Positions 29,543-40,261 are shown, counted from the stretch's first letter. The stretch is 64,000 nt of DNA from an uncultured Bacteriovoracaceae bacterium (GCA_964012805.1 CAXGUD010000005.1:1-64000); one strand, 5' to 3'. Made by a program: numbers and translations. Notes: generated from the letters alone by a model not told the origin.

Positions 29543-30529
29543 GTGGTAAGATTGAAGGAAGTTTTCAAAGAAGAATTAGAGATTCCTATTCAAAAACTTC
29601 CCTTACTACCCGTTATTAGTATTGACGAAGAAGCAACACTCAAAGAAGTTTATCTTCTCATGCAGAAAAATAAAATAGGATGTCTTGTAGTTACAAAATT
29701 CGACGTCCTCGTTGGAATCATTACTGAGAGGGATTTTTTATTTCACATTTTGGGCAAAATAGACTCTTTTGACGATTTAAAAGTAAAGGAAATCATGACA
29801 AAAAGGCCCATCGCTCTAAAAAAAGATGCGAAACTTCATTCCCTCATGGAACTTTTTAATATTCATGATTTTAGGCATATTCCAGTTATTGATGAGGACG
29901 GGTGCCCTATTCATGTTATTTCAATTAGAGATTTAATCAAATTAATCGCCGATTTTTTTCCTGATGAAATCAAGAAAAAAGGGGTTTTAAAAAAGTGGAA
30001 CCGATTTCACACTGACCTACAATCTGAAAGTTTTTCGCTGAACAGATCTGATTCTTCAGGAATCAAAGGAGAATTATTTTTTCAGCCTATCGGAAAAGCT
30101 ATTTCAAGTCACCCACTCATTATAGATGAATCTATTACCATAAATGAAGTTCTACATGAAATGCAGACAAATAAAAAGTCTGTCGCCATTGTGACAGAGT
30201 ATGAAACAAAAATTAAAGGTATTATAACCGAAAGAGATTTTCTTACTAAAGTTCTTGGGAAAATTGATTTAAATTCACAGAATTCTTCACCTAAAGTTGT
30301 AAATTTTATGACGAAAAACCCTGAGTGCCTCTTATCTAGGCATATTCTGAGCTATGCGATAAATAATATGCTCGAGGGAGGCTATCGAAATGTTGTCGTA
30401 GTTAATGAAGATAGGCAACCTGAGTCTGTTCTATCAATGCTGGATATCTTTAAATATGTAGCGGACCACATGACTCTTGAGCATCATGAAGAAGATATTG
30501 TTCGAGTAAGAGAAAAAAAAGAGAGCTAA
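29543..30529 (+). CDS. Stand-alone four-CBS-domain protein (two Bateman modules)
   Basis: Duplicated GIITERDFL; FRHIPV and YRNVVV. Confidence 0.9.
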   Translation: MVRLKEVFKEELEIPIQKLPLLPVISIDEEATLKEVYLLMQKNKIGCLVVTKFDVLVGIITERDFLFHILGKIDSFDDLKVKEIMTKRPIALKKDAKLHSLMELFNIHDFRHIPVIDEDGCPIHVISIRDLIKLIADFFPDEIKKKGVLKKWNRFHTDLQSESFSLNRSDSSGIKGELFFQPIGKAISSHPLIIDESITINEVLHEMQTNKKSVAIVTEYETKIKGIITERDFLTKVLGKIDLNSQNSSPKVVNFMTKNPECLLSRHILSYAINNMLEGGYRNVVVVNEDRQPESVLSMLDIFKYVADHMTLEHHEEDIVRVREKKES

Positions 30530-30533
30530 TCAC

Positions 30534-30974
30534 TCACCGAGGCAACTCTGAAGGTGTTACAAACTGAGCATTTCTTGTATTTGAAATCGAAATCGTAAAA
30601 CCAGCGATAACATCAAGAAGAGACATTAAGGTTAAAAGTAAAAAAGTGAAGTTTCCACCTGAGGGAACCAATAAGAACTGCGTAAAAAAAGCTATAAAAA
30701 CGAGAGTTGAAAGAGAATGGTCGATGACTGTATGAAGAGAGTTGCGAGTTGACCTCAAAATTTCAAAATAAAGCATAATCATACCTAGAATCAAAAGAAT
30801 ATGCTCAACATAGAATGAAATCACATTTCCTGAAGCTAAATCCAAATCAAAAACGACAAACTTTAATGTCGATGAGTCACTATCCCAGGACTGTCCCAGC
30901 ATTAAAATAAAATTGTAGAGGAGGAGAAGGTATAAAAAAGAAGGGATGGACTTTATCATTTTCATATGTACCAT
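30534..30974 (-). CDS. Small four-TM membrane protein
   Basis: Hydrophobic profile; DHSLS and DVIAGF motifs. Confidence 0.7.
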   Translation of the reverse strand: MVHMKMIKSIPSFLYLLLLYNFILMLGQSWDSDSSTLKFVVFDLDLASGNVISFYVEHILLILGMIMLYFEILRSTRNSLHTVIDHSLSTLVFIAFFTQFLLVPSGGNFTFLLLTLMSLLDVIAGFTISISNTRNAQFVTPSELPR

Positions 30975-31024
30975 TATGAAGGAAGAATAAATTTGATAAA
31001 AGACGAAAAACTTTCCTCAATGCT

Positions 31025-32188
31025 CTACTCTCCTACCTCCAATATATTGTCCAAAGCATTCCTAAGAGTCTCATCTTTTTTCGCAAAGCAAAACCTCACA
31101 TACTTCTGCCCCTCTTCAGGGCATCGGCTGTAAAAAGCCGAGGGTGGAATAGCCGCAACTTTTTTGGACTCCATCAACTCAAAGCAATATTCTATATCTG
31201 TTTTATTTTTCTCAGGGGGAATTTCACAAAGGATAAAAAAAGTTCCTTCCGGCAAAAAAGGCTTCAATTCAGATTTTTTTAACCCTTCATAAAGAATAGA
31301 CCTCTTTTTTTCATAATTTTCTCTTAAAGACCCAAGGTAGCTATCTATACTATCAATTGCTCTTGAAAGCCCTATCTGGAGAGGATGAGCTGCCCCAAAT
31401 GTATTGAACTGATGTACCATTCTTATGGCCTTGGTCAATTTTTCTGAAGCTAAACACCATCCTATTTTCCAACCTGTAAAACTAAATGTTTTCCCTGCAG
31501 AAGAAATCATTATTGTCCTTTCTCTCATTCCAGGTAAAGAGGAAATTGGAATATGATTATGATGGTCAAAAGTCAAAAACTCATAGACTTCATCAGATAT
31601 GGCAAAGACATCATGCCTAACAATTATCTTAGACAAAACCAAAAGCTCTTCCTTTGAAAAAACCTTTCCAGTGGGATTATGAGGTGAATTTAGAACCATC
31701 AATTTCGTTTTTACGGAAAAGGCTTCTTCAATCTCCTCAACGGGCAAACGAAAATGAGGACCTTTAAGCGTTACAAACTTTGCCTTTGCTCCAACCATTT
31801 GAATAGCGGCCAGGTAAGAATCATAATAAGGCTCAAAAAGAATGACCTCATCACCCGGATTTAAAAGGGCCAAAAAACTACAGAAGAGACCTTCCGTTGC
31901 ACCATTCATAACAGTTATTTCTTTATCGACATTATAATCGAGGTTATAAAGTTTTTTATACATTGTGCCTAAAGAAGACCGCAGTGGCATTGCTCCAGAA
32001 GAAGGAGCATATTGATTATATGGACCATTCATTGCTTCAGTTACATATTCCTTAATAAAGGAAGGACCATCAAAGTCAGGGAAACCTTGGCTTAAATTGA
32101 TTGCTCCCAATTGGTTTGCTTTCAAGGTCATTTCTGAAAATATACTTTCTTTAAGAAGATCAACATTACTTGATACTTTCTTCATCAT
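31025..32188 (-). CDS. Class I/II PLP aminotransferase (YbdL/kynurenine aminotransferase-like)
   Basis: NLSQGFPD, NSPHNPTG, DEVY, SAGKTFSFTGWKIG, RFCFAK. Confidence 0.93.
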   Translation of the reverse strand: MMKKVSSNVDLLKESIFSEMTLKANQLGAINLSQGFPDFDGPSFIKEYVTEAMNGPYNQYAPSSGAMPLRSSLGTMYKKLYNLDYNVDKEITVMNGATEGLFCSFLALLNPGDEVILFEPYYDSYLAAIQMVGAKAKFVTLKGPHFRLPVEEIEEAFSVKTKLMVLNSPHNPTGKVFSKEELLVLSKIIVRHDVFAISDEVYEFLTFDHHNHIPISSLPGMRERTIMISSAGKTFSFTGWKIGWCLASEKLTKAIRMVHQFNTFGAAHPLQIGLSRAIDSIDSYLGSLRENYEKKRSILYEGLKKSELKPFLPEGTFFILCEIPPEKNKTDIEYCFELMESKKVAAIPPSAFYSRCPEEGQKYVRFCFAKKDETLRNALDNILEVGE

Positions 32189-32358
32189 AAAACCTTTGGT
32201 TAAAAGAGATTAATTTTTATATCATAAAGAACAAGTTTCGTAAGACTTCAAATAAAGAAGTTCTCTTTTAAAGGACTTAAAAAAGATAGCTATTTACCTA
32301 TTGTTGCACTAAAAATAATTTAATTAAAAGACTCCTCTGTAAAAGGACTTATCCAAGA

Positions 32359-34533
32359 ATGAAAAAGCTCATTTTGACAGAAAAACCAAGCGTCGCAAGA
32401 GATTTTGCTAGAAGTCTAAGCATTCCAATCAATAGGAACATTAAAGGTCATTTTGAAGGTCCTAACTATATCATAACCTGGGCCTTAGGCCATCTCTTTT
32501 CTCCCTTTAAGCCTGAGGAATACGACCCAACACTAAAAAAATGGTCCATAGACAACCTTCCCATTTTACCTGAACCTTTTCAATATTCACCCATTGCAAA
32601 AACGAAAGATCAACTTAAAACTATTTTCAAAATTCTAAAAAGAAGTGACTTAGAAGAAATTATCATTGCCACTGATGCCGGAAGGGAGGGAGAGCTTATT
32701 GCAAGAATTATTCTTGAAAACGCTCCTATCCAAAACAAGAACAACCTATCTTTTAGCCGTTTTTGGTCAAGTCAAGCCTTGTCTGATGATGTCATTCAAA
32801 AAGGGCTTCAAGAAAGAAAAAGTTTAAAAAGCTTTGACAGGCTTTACCATGCAGGAAAAGCTAGGCAAATTGCTGATTGGCTTGTGGGAATGAACTTAAG
32901 CCGTGCCGCTACTTTAAAGTGGGGGGACCTGTTTTCAATTGGTAGAGTCCAAACAGCAGTTCTTTGGCTCCTAGTCAAAAGAAACCAAGAAAGAAAAAAC
33001 TTTAAAGAGGAGAAGTACTGGAAAATTCAAGGCCACTTTGAAGCTGAAAATATTTCTTTTACAGCTTATTGGTTCAACCCTACAGTCAAAGATATTTTAA
33101 AAAGACAGCATATTCTAAAAGAGACTGAGCTTAAAGCCATTTTAAAGGATTTAAAAAAACATAAAGAAGGAAAAGAGATAGCGGTAATCAAAACTGATAA
33201 AGAAACTGAAAAACGAGAACCTCCTCCACCTCTATATTCATTAACGGACCTTCAACAAAAAGCAAATAGAGTTTATGGTTTTACGGCGAAGCAAACCTTA
33301 TCTCTGGCCCAAGAGCTCTACGAAAAAGATAAATGCCTATCTTACCCCAGGACCGATTCACAAGTTTTAGGTGAAAAAAACTTTCCCTTAGTAAAGAACC
33401 TCCTTAACAATTTAAAAAACTCATACTCCGCCTACTTTGATAAACAGGATGCTTCTAAAATTTCTCTTAAAAATAAAAGAGTCTTTAATGATTCTTTACT
33501 AACAGACCACCATGCTCTCATCCCCCTAAAAGTTTTCAGAGGTCCCTCGCAGTCTGATAAAGGAAAAATTTACGATCTTGTTTTGAGAAGGTTTATCATG
33601 AGTTTTTCAATGGATTTTCTTTTCAAAGAAAAAAGAGTGGAATTAACTTTTGGTAACCACCCATTCATGACACAAGGTAAGTCTATAAAAGAAATTGGAT
33701 GGAAATTATTAGATGGTGGAGAGAGAGAAAAGTGGCTCCCTCCTATTAAAGAAAAAGATAATGTAGATTATAAAAAATGCGACCCTCAAGAGAAAAAAAC
33801 CCTCCCTCCACCAGAATATAACGAAGCTTCACTTTTAAGAGACATGGTAAACCCAGCAAGACTTGTCAATGAAAGAGATCACAAAAATATATTCCGAGGA
33901 CAAGTAGGACTTGGAACTCAATCCACGAGGGCCCAAATGATTGAAACCCTCCTCGGAAGGAGCTATATAAGAAGAGAAGGAAAGACTTTGAAGGCATTAG
34001 AAAAAGGTGTCTTTTTAATTCAGGGACTTCAAGAGATGTCCGTCTCCTCAATTCTAACATCACCATCTGAAACTGCGCGATGGGAAATTCTTCTGGAAAA
34101 AATGGCAAAAGGAGATGAAGACTCAAGCAAACTCATGAATCTAGTACAAGATTTCACAGAAAGGGCCATCAAAGAATTCAAGTCATCTATGAAGCAAAAA
34201 ACTTCTCCAAATAGACAATGGACCTCAACACAATTTAAAAAAAATGGATCAAAGAAATTTAATAAGACAATTTTGGGAAAATGTCCTCTTTGCAAAAGTA
34301 AGATTGTTGAATACCCCAAATCCTTTAGTTGCGAGCAGTGGAGTAAAGGATGCCCCGCAGTTATTTGGAAGGAAATCGCAGGCTTGACCTTAAACAGAAG
34401 TCATGTGAAAGTTCTTTTAACAAATGGAAAAACTGAACGCCTCAAGGGCTTTAAATCTAAAAAAGGTAAACCTTTTGAAGCTTCTCTCATTTTTTCAAAA
34501 GAAGGAAAAGTTCAATTTTCATTTGAATCATAG
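32359..34533 (+). CDS. topB: DNA topoisomerase III (type IA)
   Basis: EKPSVA, ATDAGREGE, GRVQT, SYPRTD, DHHA, C-terminal CPLC zinc ribbon and GFKSKKGKPF. Confidence 0.93.
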   Translation: MKKLILTEKPSVARDFARSLSIPINRNIKGHFEGPNYIITWALGHLFSPFKPEEYDPTLKKWSIDNLPILPEPFQYSPIAKTKDQLKTIFKILKRSDLEEIIIATDAGREGELIARIILENAPIQNKNNLSFSRFWSSQALSDDVIQKGLQERKSLKSFDRLYHAGKARQIADWLVGMNLSRAATLKWGDLFSIGRVQTAVLWLLVKRNQERKNFKEEKYWKIQGHFEAENISFTAYWFNPTVKDILKRQHILKETELKAILKDLKKHKEGKEIAVIKTDKETEKREPPPPLYSLTDLQQKANRVYGFTAKQTLSLAQELYEKDKCLSYPRTDSQVLGEKNFPLVKNLLNNLKNSYSAYFDKQDASKISLKNKRVFNDSLLTDHHALIPLKVFRGPSQSDKGKIYDLVLRRFIMSFSMDFLFKEKRVELTFGNHPFMTQGKSIKEIGWKLLDGGEREKWLPPIKEKDNVDYKKCDPQEKKTLPPPEYNEASLLRDMVNPARLVNERDHKNIFRGQVGLGTQSTRAQMIETLLGRSYIRREGKTLKALEKGVFLIQGLQEMSVSSILTSPSETARWEILLEKMAKGDEDSSKLMNLVQDFTERAIKEFKSSMKQKTSPNRQWTSTQFKKNGSKKFNKTILGKCPLCKSKIVEYPKSFSCEQWSKGCPAVIWKEIAGLTLNRSHVKVLLTNGKTERLKGFKSKKGKPFEASLIFSKEGKVQFSFES

Positions 34534-34552
34534 GCGGAAATAAGAGGCATTT

Positions 34553-35203
34553 ATGGGTAAAGTTTTCAAAATTTACTTTAGTCATTGGACAATATGGGTC
34601 TATATTTTTTTATCCTTAAAGCTCACCATCCTTTTGTGCCTTACAAAATCTATCTCCACCTTGGGAGCGTTCTTTATTACAGTAATTCTTCTCGCCCCCT
34701 TCACAGAATGGATTCTGCACAAATATATTCTCCATGGAAACTTCGATCCTAATAATGAGGTCGTTGCAGATTATATGGAAAGGCTTCATGTGGGTCATCA
34801 CCGTGAACCACAGAAAGTTGAATATTACTTTGCTCCCCTTTCTGCTGGGCTAACTCTTCCAGTTAGTTTTTTCTTCATCATATTAATTCTAACTCAAAAC
34901 TTAAGTTGGGCCACTTCCTTTTCATTATCTATAACGATATACTTTCTTTTCTATGAGTGGATTCATTTGGCCCATCACATTGATGAATATAAGCCAAAAA
35001 CCCAGTGGGGTAAAAGATTGAAGAAGGCCCATAAATGGCATCATTTCAAAAATGAAAACTTCTGGTGGGGCATCACTTCCACTCTTGGAGATGTTATCCT
35101 CCAAACATTTCCAAAACCTCAAGAGGTTTCTAAAAGCAAAACAGTCCTTGACCTAGAAAAAAGATTTGAAAAAGAAACACCAATAGCTTTAAAGGATTAT
35201 TAA
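34553..35203 (+). CDS. Fatty acid hydroxylase / sterol desaturase family protein
   Basis: His boxes HKYILH, HVGHH, HLAHH, HKWHH. Confidence 0.9.
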   Translation: MGKVFKIYFSHWTIWVYIFLSLKLTILLCLTKSISTLGAFFITVILLAPFTEWILHKYILHGNFDPNNEVVADYMERLHVGHHREPQKVEYYFAPLSAGLTLPVSFFFIILILTQNLSWATSFSLSITIYFLFYEWIHLAHHIDEYKPKTQWGKRLKKAHKWHHFKNENFWWGITSTLGDVILQTFPKPQEVSKSKTVLDLEKRFEKETPIALKDY

Positions 35204-35205
35204 AA

Positions 35206-35976
35206 ATGAAAACACTTTTCTTAGTGATCCCACTTCTTTATATATTTATTTCAAAAGCATTTTCCTACGAATCATTTTGTATTTCTCATAGAGGAAACGG
35301 TGGTGGTCATCTAGAAAACTCTCTCTCCGCCCTAAAATCGGCCATAGACTTGGGCTCCCATGGAGTAGAGTTTGATATAGTTCATACAATTGACCGCGAG
35401 CCCATCCTTATGCATGATTCGACATTGTGGAGAACCGCTAGAAGTAAAAAAGGAAAGAAATGTCCGCGACAAACTAAAGTTAAAAATATTTTCCTCAAAA
35501 AAATAAAAAGTAATTGTAAACTCAAAAATGGAGACGAAGTTCCCCATTTAGAAGACGCTCTCATCAAATTTTCAAACGAGCCAAAGTTTTTCTTAATTGA
35601 ATTAAAAGACTTCCCAAGCACTAAAACAATACGGCTCCTCAAAGAATATTTTAATTCACACCCCCATTTTTTAAGAGTTATTTCTTTTAAAAAAAGCATC
35701 CAAAATTACTTTTCTGTTTTAAAAAAACAAGACCCCTTTTGGGCAGAAGTTAAATTTCTAAAACTCTCTATATCCAAAGCATCTTCGGATGAAGTCGATG
35801 GCCTTAATATAAGGTTTCCAAGGATTGGGTTAAATAAATGGGTGCAAAAAAATAAAAATAAGGAATTAGGAGTCTGGAATGTTTTTTCAGCTAAACAAAT
35901 ACAACGTGCCCATCAGCTTAAAATCAAGTTTATCACAACAGACGACCCTCTTCTTTGCCTAGAAACACTGCCCTAG
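35206..35976 (+). CDS. Glycerophosphodiester phosphodiesterase
   Basis: SHRG, ENS, EFD, MHD, IELK, TTDDP. Confidence 0.9.
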   Translation: MKTLFLVIPLLYIFISKAFSYESFCISHRGNGGGHLENSLSALKSAIDLGSHGVEFDIVHTIDREPILMHDSTLWRTARSKKGKKCPRQTKVKNIFLKKIKSNCKLKNGDEVPHLEDALIKFSNEPKFFLIELKDFPSTKTIRLLKEYFNSHPHFLRVISFKKSIQNYFSVLKKQDPFWAEVKFLKLSISKASSDEVDGLNIRFPRIGLNKWVQKNKNKELGVWNVFSAKQIQRAHQLKIKFITTDDPLLCLETLP

Positions 35977-36099
35977 GTTTTCCTAAAAAAATAGACTTTC
36001 CTTGGTTAAAAGCTTAAAATTTTTGCTTAATTTTTAAGTTTTATCAAACACTTAATTAGAATCTAATAAACCTCTTGAATAGGTACAAAGGAGTAAGAC

Positions 36100-36597
36100 A
36101 TGGCAAAAATTTCACTTAAAGGAACTGATGTCACGACGAGCGGAGATATTCCACAAAAGGGACAAAAAGCCCCTAACTTCAAACTCGTTGCAACCGATCT
36201 TCAAGAAGTAAATTTAGAGAATTATACTGGAAAGAAAAAAGTATTGAATATATTCCCAAGCGTTGACACACCCACATGCGCACAATCCGTTAGATCCTTT
36301 ACAGAGAAAGCGGCGGCTCATGAAAATACAATTATTCTTCATATTTCTGCAGACCTTCCCTTTGCAGGAAAAAGGTTTTGTGCCAGTGAGGGAATTGAAA
36401 ATGCCCACACTCTTTCAACTTTTAGGGGAAACTTCTCAAAAGATTATGGGTTAGAAATTATGGATGGGAAACTTGCAGGACTTTGTTCTCGAGTTGTTAT
36501 TGTCCTGGACGAAGATAATACCGTCATTTACTCTGAGCAAGTTCCCGCTATTGAAAATGAGCCAGATTACGAGACAGCGCTTAAGGCCCTTTCTTAA
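36100..36597 (+). CDS. tpx: Thiol peroxidase
   Basis: FPSVDTPTC, SADLPFA, RFC, EPDY. Confidence 0.96.
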   Translation: MAKISLKGTDVTTSGDIPQKGQKAPNFKLVATDLQEVNLENYTGKKKVLNIFPSVDTPTCAQSVRSFTEKAAAHENTIILHISADLPFAGKRFCASEGIENAHTLSTFRGNFSKDYGLEIMDGKLAGLCSRVVIVLDEDNTVIYSEQVPAIENEPDYETALKALS

Positions 36598-36625
36598 CTG
36601 AATACGACCTTATACCCAATATCAA

Positions 36626-36665
36626 AATAAAAAGGCCTCTAAATTAGTTCTGGGGCTTTTTTATT
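36626..36665. terminator. Probable bidirectional intrinsic terminator between tpx and the CDF gene
   Basis: AATAAAAAGGCCTC...GGGGCTTTTTTATT inverted repeat between convergent stops. Confidence 0.65.
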
Positions 36666-36676
36666 AATTTTATTCA

Positions 36677-37585
36677 TCAAGAGTGATCATTAATGAGTTT
36701 TTTGCTATCTTTGATTCCAAACTCTGGTTGAAGTGTTGTATGTGAGATACCAAACTTTAGCTTAAGCATTTCTCTAATCGAATTCAGTAAACTATCAATT
36801 TCACTTAGTTTTAGATTCTCTTTTATATCTATGTGGGCTTCCATATACACTTCTTTATCATTGAGTTCCCAAATATGAACATGGTGAATATTTTGAACGT
36901 TTTTAAATTTTTGTATTTCAATTTGAATTTTATCAATATCAATATCTACTGGTGAGAATTGCATTAAAACTCTAATTGTCTTCAAAAGTAATCGAATGCC
37001 TGTGTACATTAAATACAAGCCAATTAAAATCGTAAGAAGTGGATCAAGCCAATATATTTTAAAATAGTACATGGCCAATCCACCTACAAAGATAGAGAAG
37101 GAACTCAACATATCAGTGAAAAGGTGTAAATAAGCAGACTTCATGTTCATGTTATCTTTTGAGTCTTCTTTAAGAAGGAGAACACTCAACCCATTGAAAA
37201 AAACACTCAACAAAGATAAGCCTATAACCCAGCCAGGTTTAATTACTTCAAGATTCATAAATCTAATTACGGACTCTTTGATCAAAAAAATTGAAATAAA
37301 AATAAGGGTTGCAGTATTAATAAAGGCAGCAAGGATTTCAGCGCGCTTAAAGCCGAACGTTTTAGTTTTGGAAAATTTCTTTTTTGAAATTTCATTTCCG
37401 ATATAAGAAATAAAAAGGGCCATTACATCGCTAAAATTATGAAGAGCATCGGATAGAAGAGACAATGAACCTGAAACAATTCCACCATAAATTTGCCCAG
37501 CTGTTATTCCGATATTAAGAATAATGGAAAAAACCAACCTTTTCCCTTTCAAGTCAGGATGATTATGATTATCATGATGACCCAT
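36677..37585 (-). CDS. Cation diffusion facilitator (CzcD/ZitB-like)
   Basis: His-rich N-terminus, SDALHNFSD, HLFTD, HHVHIW, HTTLQPE. Confidence 0.93.
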   Translation of the reverse strand: MGHHDNHNHPDLKGKRLVFSIILNIGITAGQIYGGIVSGSLSLLSDALHNFSDVMALFISYIGNEISKKKFSKTKTFGFKRAEILAAFINTATLIFISIFLIKESVIRFMNLEVIKPGWVIGLSLLSVFFNGLSVLLLKEDSKDNMNMKSAYLHLFTDMLSSFSIFVGGLAMYYFKIYWLDPLLTILIGLYLMYTGIRLLLKTIRVLMQFSPVDIDIDKIQIEIQKFKNVQNIHHVHIWELNDKEVYMEAHIDIKENLKLSEIDSLLNSIREMLKLKFGISHTTLQPEFGIKDSKKLINDHS

Positions 37586-37680
37586 AGATTAATCTTCTCC
37601 ATTTGAGTGAACATTTAACTTATACTAAATTGACCTTTCATATTTGAATAGGCTTCACTTAAACAATCATATAAAAATTA

Positions 37681-38151
37681 TTACTGTTTCAAAAGGCCAT
37701 TTATAACATCGGAGTATTCTTTACTTACTGGTATAATTGAAAGACGGTTTCCTTTTTTCAAAAGTTGAAAATCATGAAGTTCTTTAACGGATTTTAATAA
37801 ATCTAAAGAAATGAGTTTTTTAAATTTTCTAACAAAAACAATTTCAACCATAAACCATCTAGGGTTTTCTTTGGTAGACTTAGGGTCATAGTAGGGGGAC
37901 TTTTTATCCCATGAGGTAGGATCGGGGCATTTTGCACGAGTCACTTTGGCCAAACCTGCTATACCTGGGACTTTACAACTCGAATGATAAATAAAGACAA
38001 AATCACCCTTCTTCACATCATCTCGCAAAAAATTACGGGCCTGAAAATTTCTCACACCATCCCAAACATCTTTGCCTTGCCTCGATTCTCTAAGATCGTC
38101 TATCGAGTAGGCTGATGGTTCGGTCTTAAAAAGCCAATAATTCGAGGCCAT
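37681..38151 (-). CDS. EVE domain protein
   Basis: YWLFKTEP, WDGVRNFQARN, YHSSC, YYDPKS, RLSI. Confidence 0.94.
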   Translation of the reverse strand: MASNYWLFKTEPSAYSIDDLRESRQGKDVWDGVRNFQARNFLRDDVKKGDFVFIYHSSCKVPGIAGLAKVTRAKCPDPTSWDKKSPYYDPKSTKENPRWFMVEIVFVRKFKKLISLDLLKSVKELHDFQLLKKGNRLSIIPVSKEYSDVINGLLKQ

Positions 38152-38169
38152 AACTTATCGCTTATTAGG

Positions 38170-38964
38170 TTATTTATAGAAGCCAAAAGCACCATACCCT
38201 ACTACTTGGTTCTTGTCTCCAGCTGTATCTCCAGAATTTCTTAAATCAAGAGTTTTTGCTGTAAGTTCAGAACGCTTTGCAAAATCTAAAAGCCCTCTTA
38301 AAGAATAGTAACCACATGCAAAATCGGGGTGTAACTTTTCATGACTGAACTCTTCTATAATTTCACTTGTTTTTTTATCAACTCTACAAGCAATTTCGTA
38401 AGAATGAAAATGACTTAAATCACTGCTGACGATTGGATAAACGTTAGGCTTAGAAATAAAATCATCAAACAATGAAGAAACAAAACCAAAATCAATATTC
38501 CCTACAACAAGTGGAATAATTTTTACTTTAGGCCCAAAAACCTGCCATATGAAAGGAAGCTGGACTTCAAGTCCATGCTCCATATCAAAAGCTTGATCTA
38601 GGATTTGAATTTCTTTATAAGTCTTAAGAAAATATTTCCTTAAAGAATCATCTATTTTAAGAGGACCAAAAGGAGTTAAAAACCCATCGCCGGAATGAAT
38701 TGCAATTCCCTTCACATGGTACCTATGAGCTGGGCTTAGAACAATAACAGTTTCTATCCGATTTTTCAGATCAAGAAGAGCTTTATAAGCCGTTCCTGCA
38801 ATTGGCCCAGAATATATATAACCAGCATGTGGGGCCACAATAATTTGAGGTGGAACCTCAAGAGGTCCTTCTGCTTTTAAGAAATTAAATATTTGAACCT
38901 CAAGCTCTTTTGGGTTTTCTGAATAAAATAGGCCCGCTACATCAGTTTTTTTAAAAGCCCCCAA
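38170..38964 (-). CDS. amrB: AmmeMemoRadiSam system protein B (MEMO1 family)
   Basis: AGLFY, PHAGYIYSG, EHGLEVQLPF, SSDLSH, CG, NSGD, VVGY; GAGGAG SD before TTG. Confidence 0.93.
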   Translation of the reverse strand: MGAFKKTDVAGLFYSENPKELEVQIFNFLKAEGPLEVPPQIIVAPHAGYIYSGPIAGTAYKALLDLKNRIETVIVLSPAHRYHVKGIAIHSGDGFLTPFGPLKIDDSLRKYFLKTYKEIQILDQAFDMEHGLEVQLPFIWQVFGPKVKIIPLVVGNIDFGFVSSLFDDFISKPNVYPIVSSDLSHFHSYEIACRVDKKTSEIIEEFSHEKLHPDFACGYYSLRGLLDFAKRSELTAKTLDLRNSGDTAGDKNQVVGYGAFGFYK

Positions 38965-39091
38965 TTTAACTCCTCAAAAATAAATAAATTTAAACTCTTT
39001 CCATTATATCAAAAAAATATTAAGTGGGCCCAAAGGGATTAATTACTTAGGGTGGTTTGAACAAAAAAAGGGCCCTAACTTATTGTAATTC

Positions 39092-40261
39092 ATGACAAAA
39101 AACACAACCAAATCAAAACAAGTTAAAATTAATTTTAGATGTAGTGCTACAATGAAATACAAACATATAGAAATACAGGATCTAAATTTGAGTGTTGTTT
39201 CCACAAAGTACTGGCATAAATTACCAACAGGTAAAATCCAATGTGATCTATGTCCGAGAAACTGCAAGCTTGGAGAAGGACAAAAAGGCTTATGCTACGT
39301 AAGAGAAAGGTCTAATGATGAAGTTGTTTTGACGACTTATGGCCGTTCAAGTGGTTTTTGTATAGACCCCATTGAAAAAAAACCACTCAACCACTTTCTG
39401 CCTGGCACAGCAATCTTAAGCTTCGGAACCGCTGGCTGTAACCTTGCTTGTAAATTTTGCCAAAATTGGGATATTTCAAAATCAAGAGAGATGGACACAC
39501 TTTCAAGTGAAGCCTCCCCAGAAGATATAGCTTCAACCGCCAGTAAACTAGGCGCAAAAAGTATCGCATTCACATACAACGACCCTGTTATTTTTTTAGA
39601 GTATGCAAAGGACTGCGCAATAGCAGCAAAAGAAAAAAACTTAAAGAGTGTTGCAGTAACTGCTGGCTACATAAACCCTAAAGCAAGGGAAGATTTTTTC
39701 TCTTTTATAGATGCTGCAAATGTAGATCTAAAAGCATTCACCCAAAGTTTTTACAAAAAAATATGTGGTGGTGATCTATCCCCAATTTTAGAAACTTTAA
39801 TATACCTAAAAAAAGAAACTAATGTCTGGTTTGAAATAACAACATTATTAATTCCAGGGGAAAACGACTCAGAAAAAGAAATAGAGGAAGAAACACAATG
39901 GATTATTGATAACTTAGGCCCTAATGTACCTATCCACTTTACTTCTTTCCACCCAGATTACAAAATGAGGGACAAGAAAAACACAAGTCTTCAAGCATTA
40001 AAAAATGCCAGAAAAATAGCGAAAAAAAATGGCATAAATCATGTATATACTGGAAATATTCACGATGAAGAGGGTTCCAGTACTTATTGCCCTAATTGCA
40101 AAAACAAAGTCATTGGAAGAGATTGGTTTAAATTAAGTAATTGGGAATTAAAAGTGTCAGGAAATTGCAAATATTGTGAAACAAAAATTGAAGGCTTATT
40201 CGAAGATAGGCCGGGGGAATGGGGACCAAAAAGGCTTCCTGTTTATGATATTAAATCCTAA
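39092..40261 (+). CDS. amrS: AmmeMemoRadiSam radical SAM enzyme (start probably ATG 39152)
   Basis: CDLCPRNC, DPIEKKPLNHF, GCNLACKFCQNW, FTYNDP, TYCPNC. Confidence 0.93.
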   Translation: MTKNTTKSKQVKINFRCSATMKYKHIEIQDLNLSVVSTKYWHKLPTGKIQCDLCPRNCKLGEGQKGLCYVRERSNDEVVLTTYGRSSGFCIDPIEKKPLNHFLPGTAILSFGTAGCNLACKFCQNWDISKSREMDTLSSEASPEDIASTASKLGAKSIAFTYNDPVIFLEYAKDCAIAAKEKNLKSVAVTAGYINPKAREDFFSFIDAANVDLKAFTQSFYKKICGGDLSPILETLIYLKKETNVWFEITTLLIPGENDSEKEIEEETQWIIDNLGPNVPIHFTSFHPDYKMRDKKNTSLQALKNARKIAKKNGINHVYTGNIHDEEGSSTYCPNCKNKVIGRDWFKLSNWELKVSGNCKYCETKIEGLFEDRPGEWGPKRLPVYDIKS

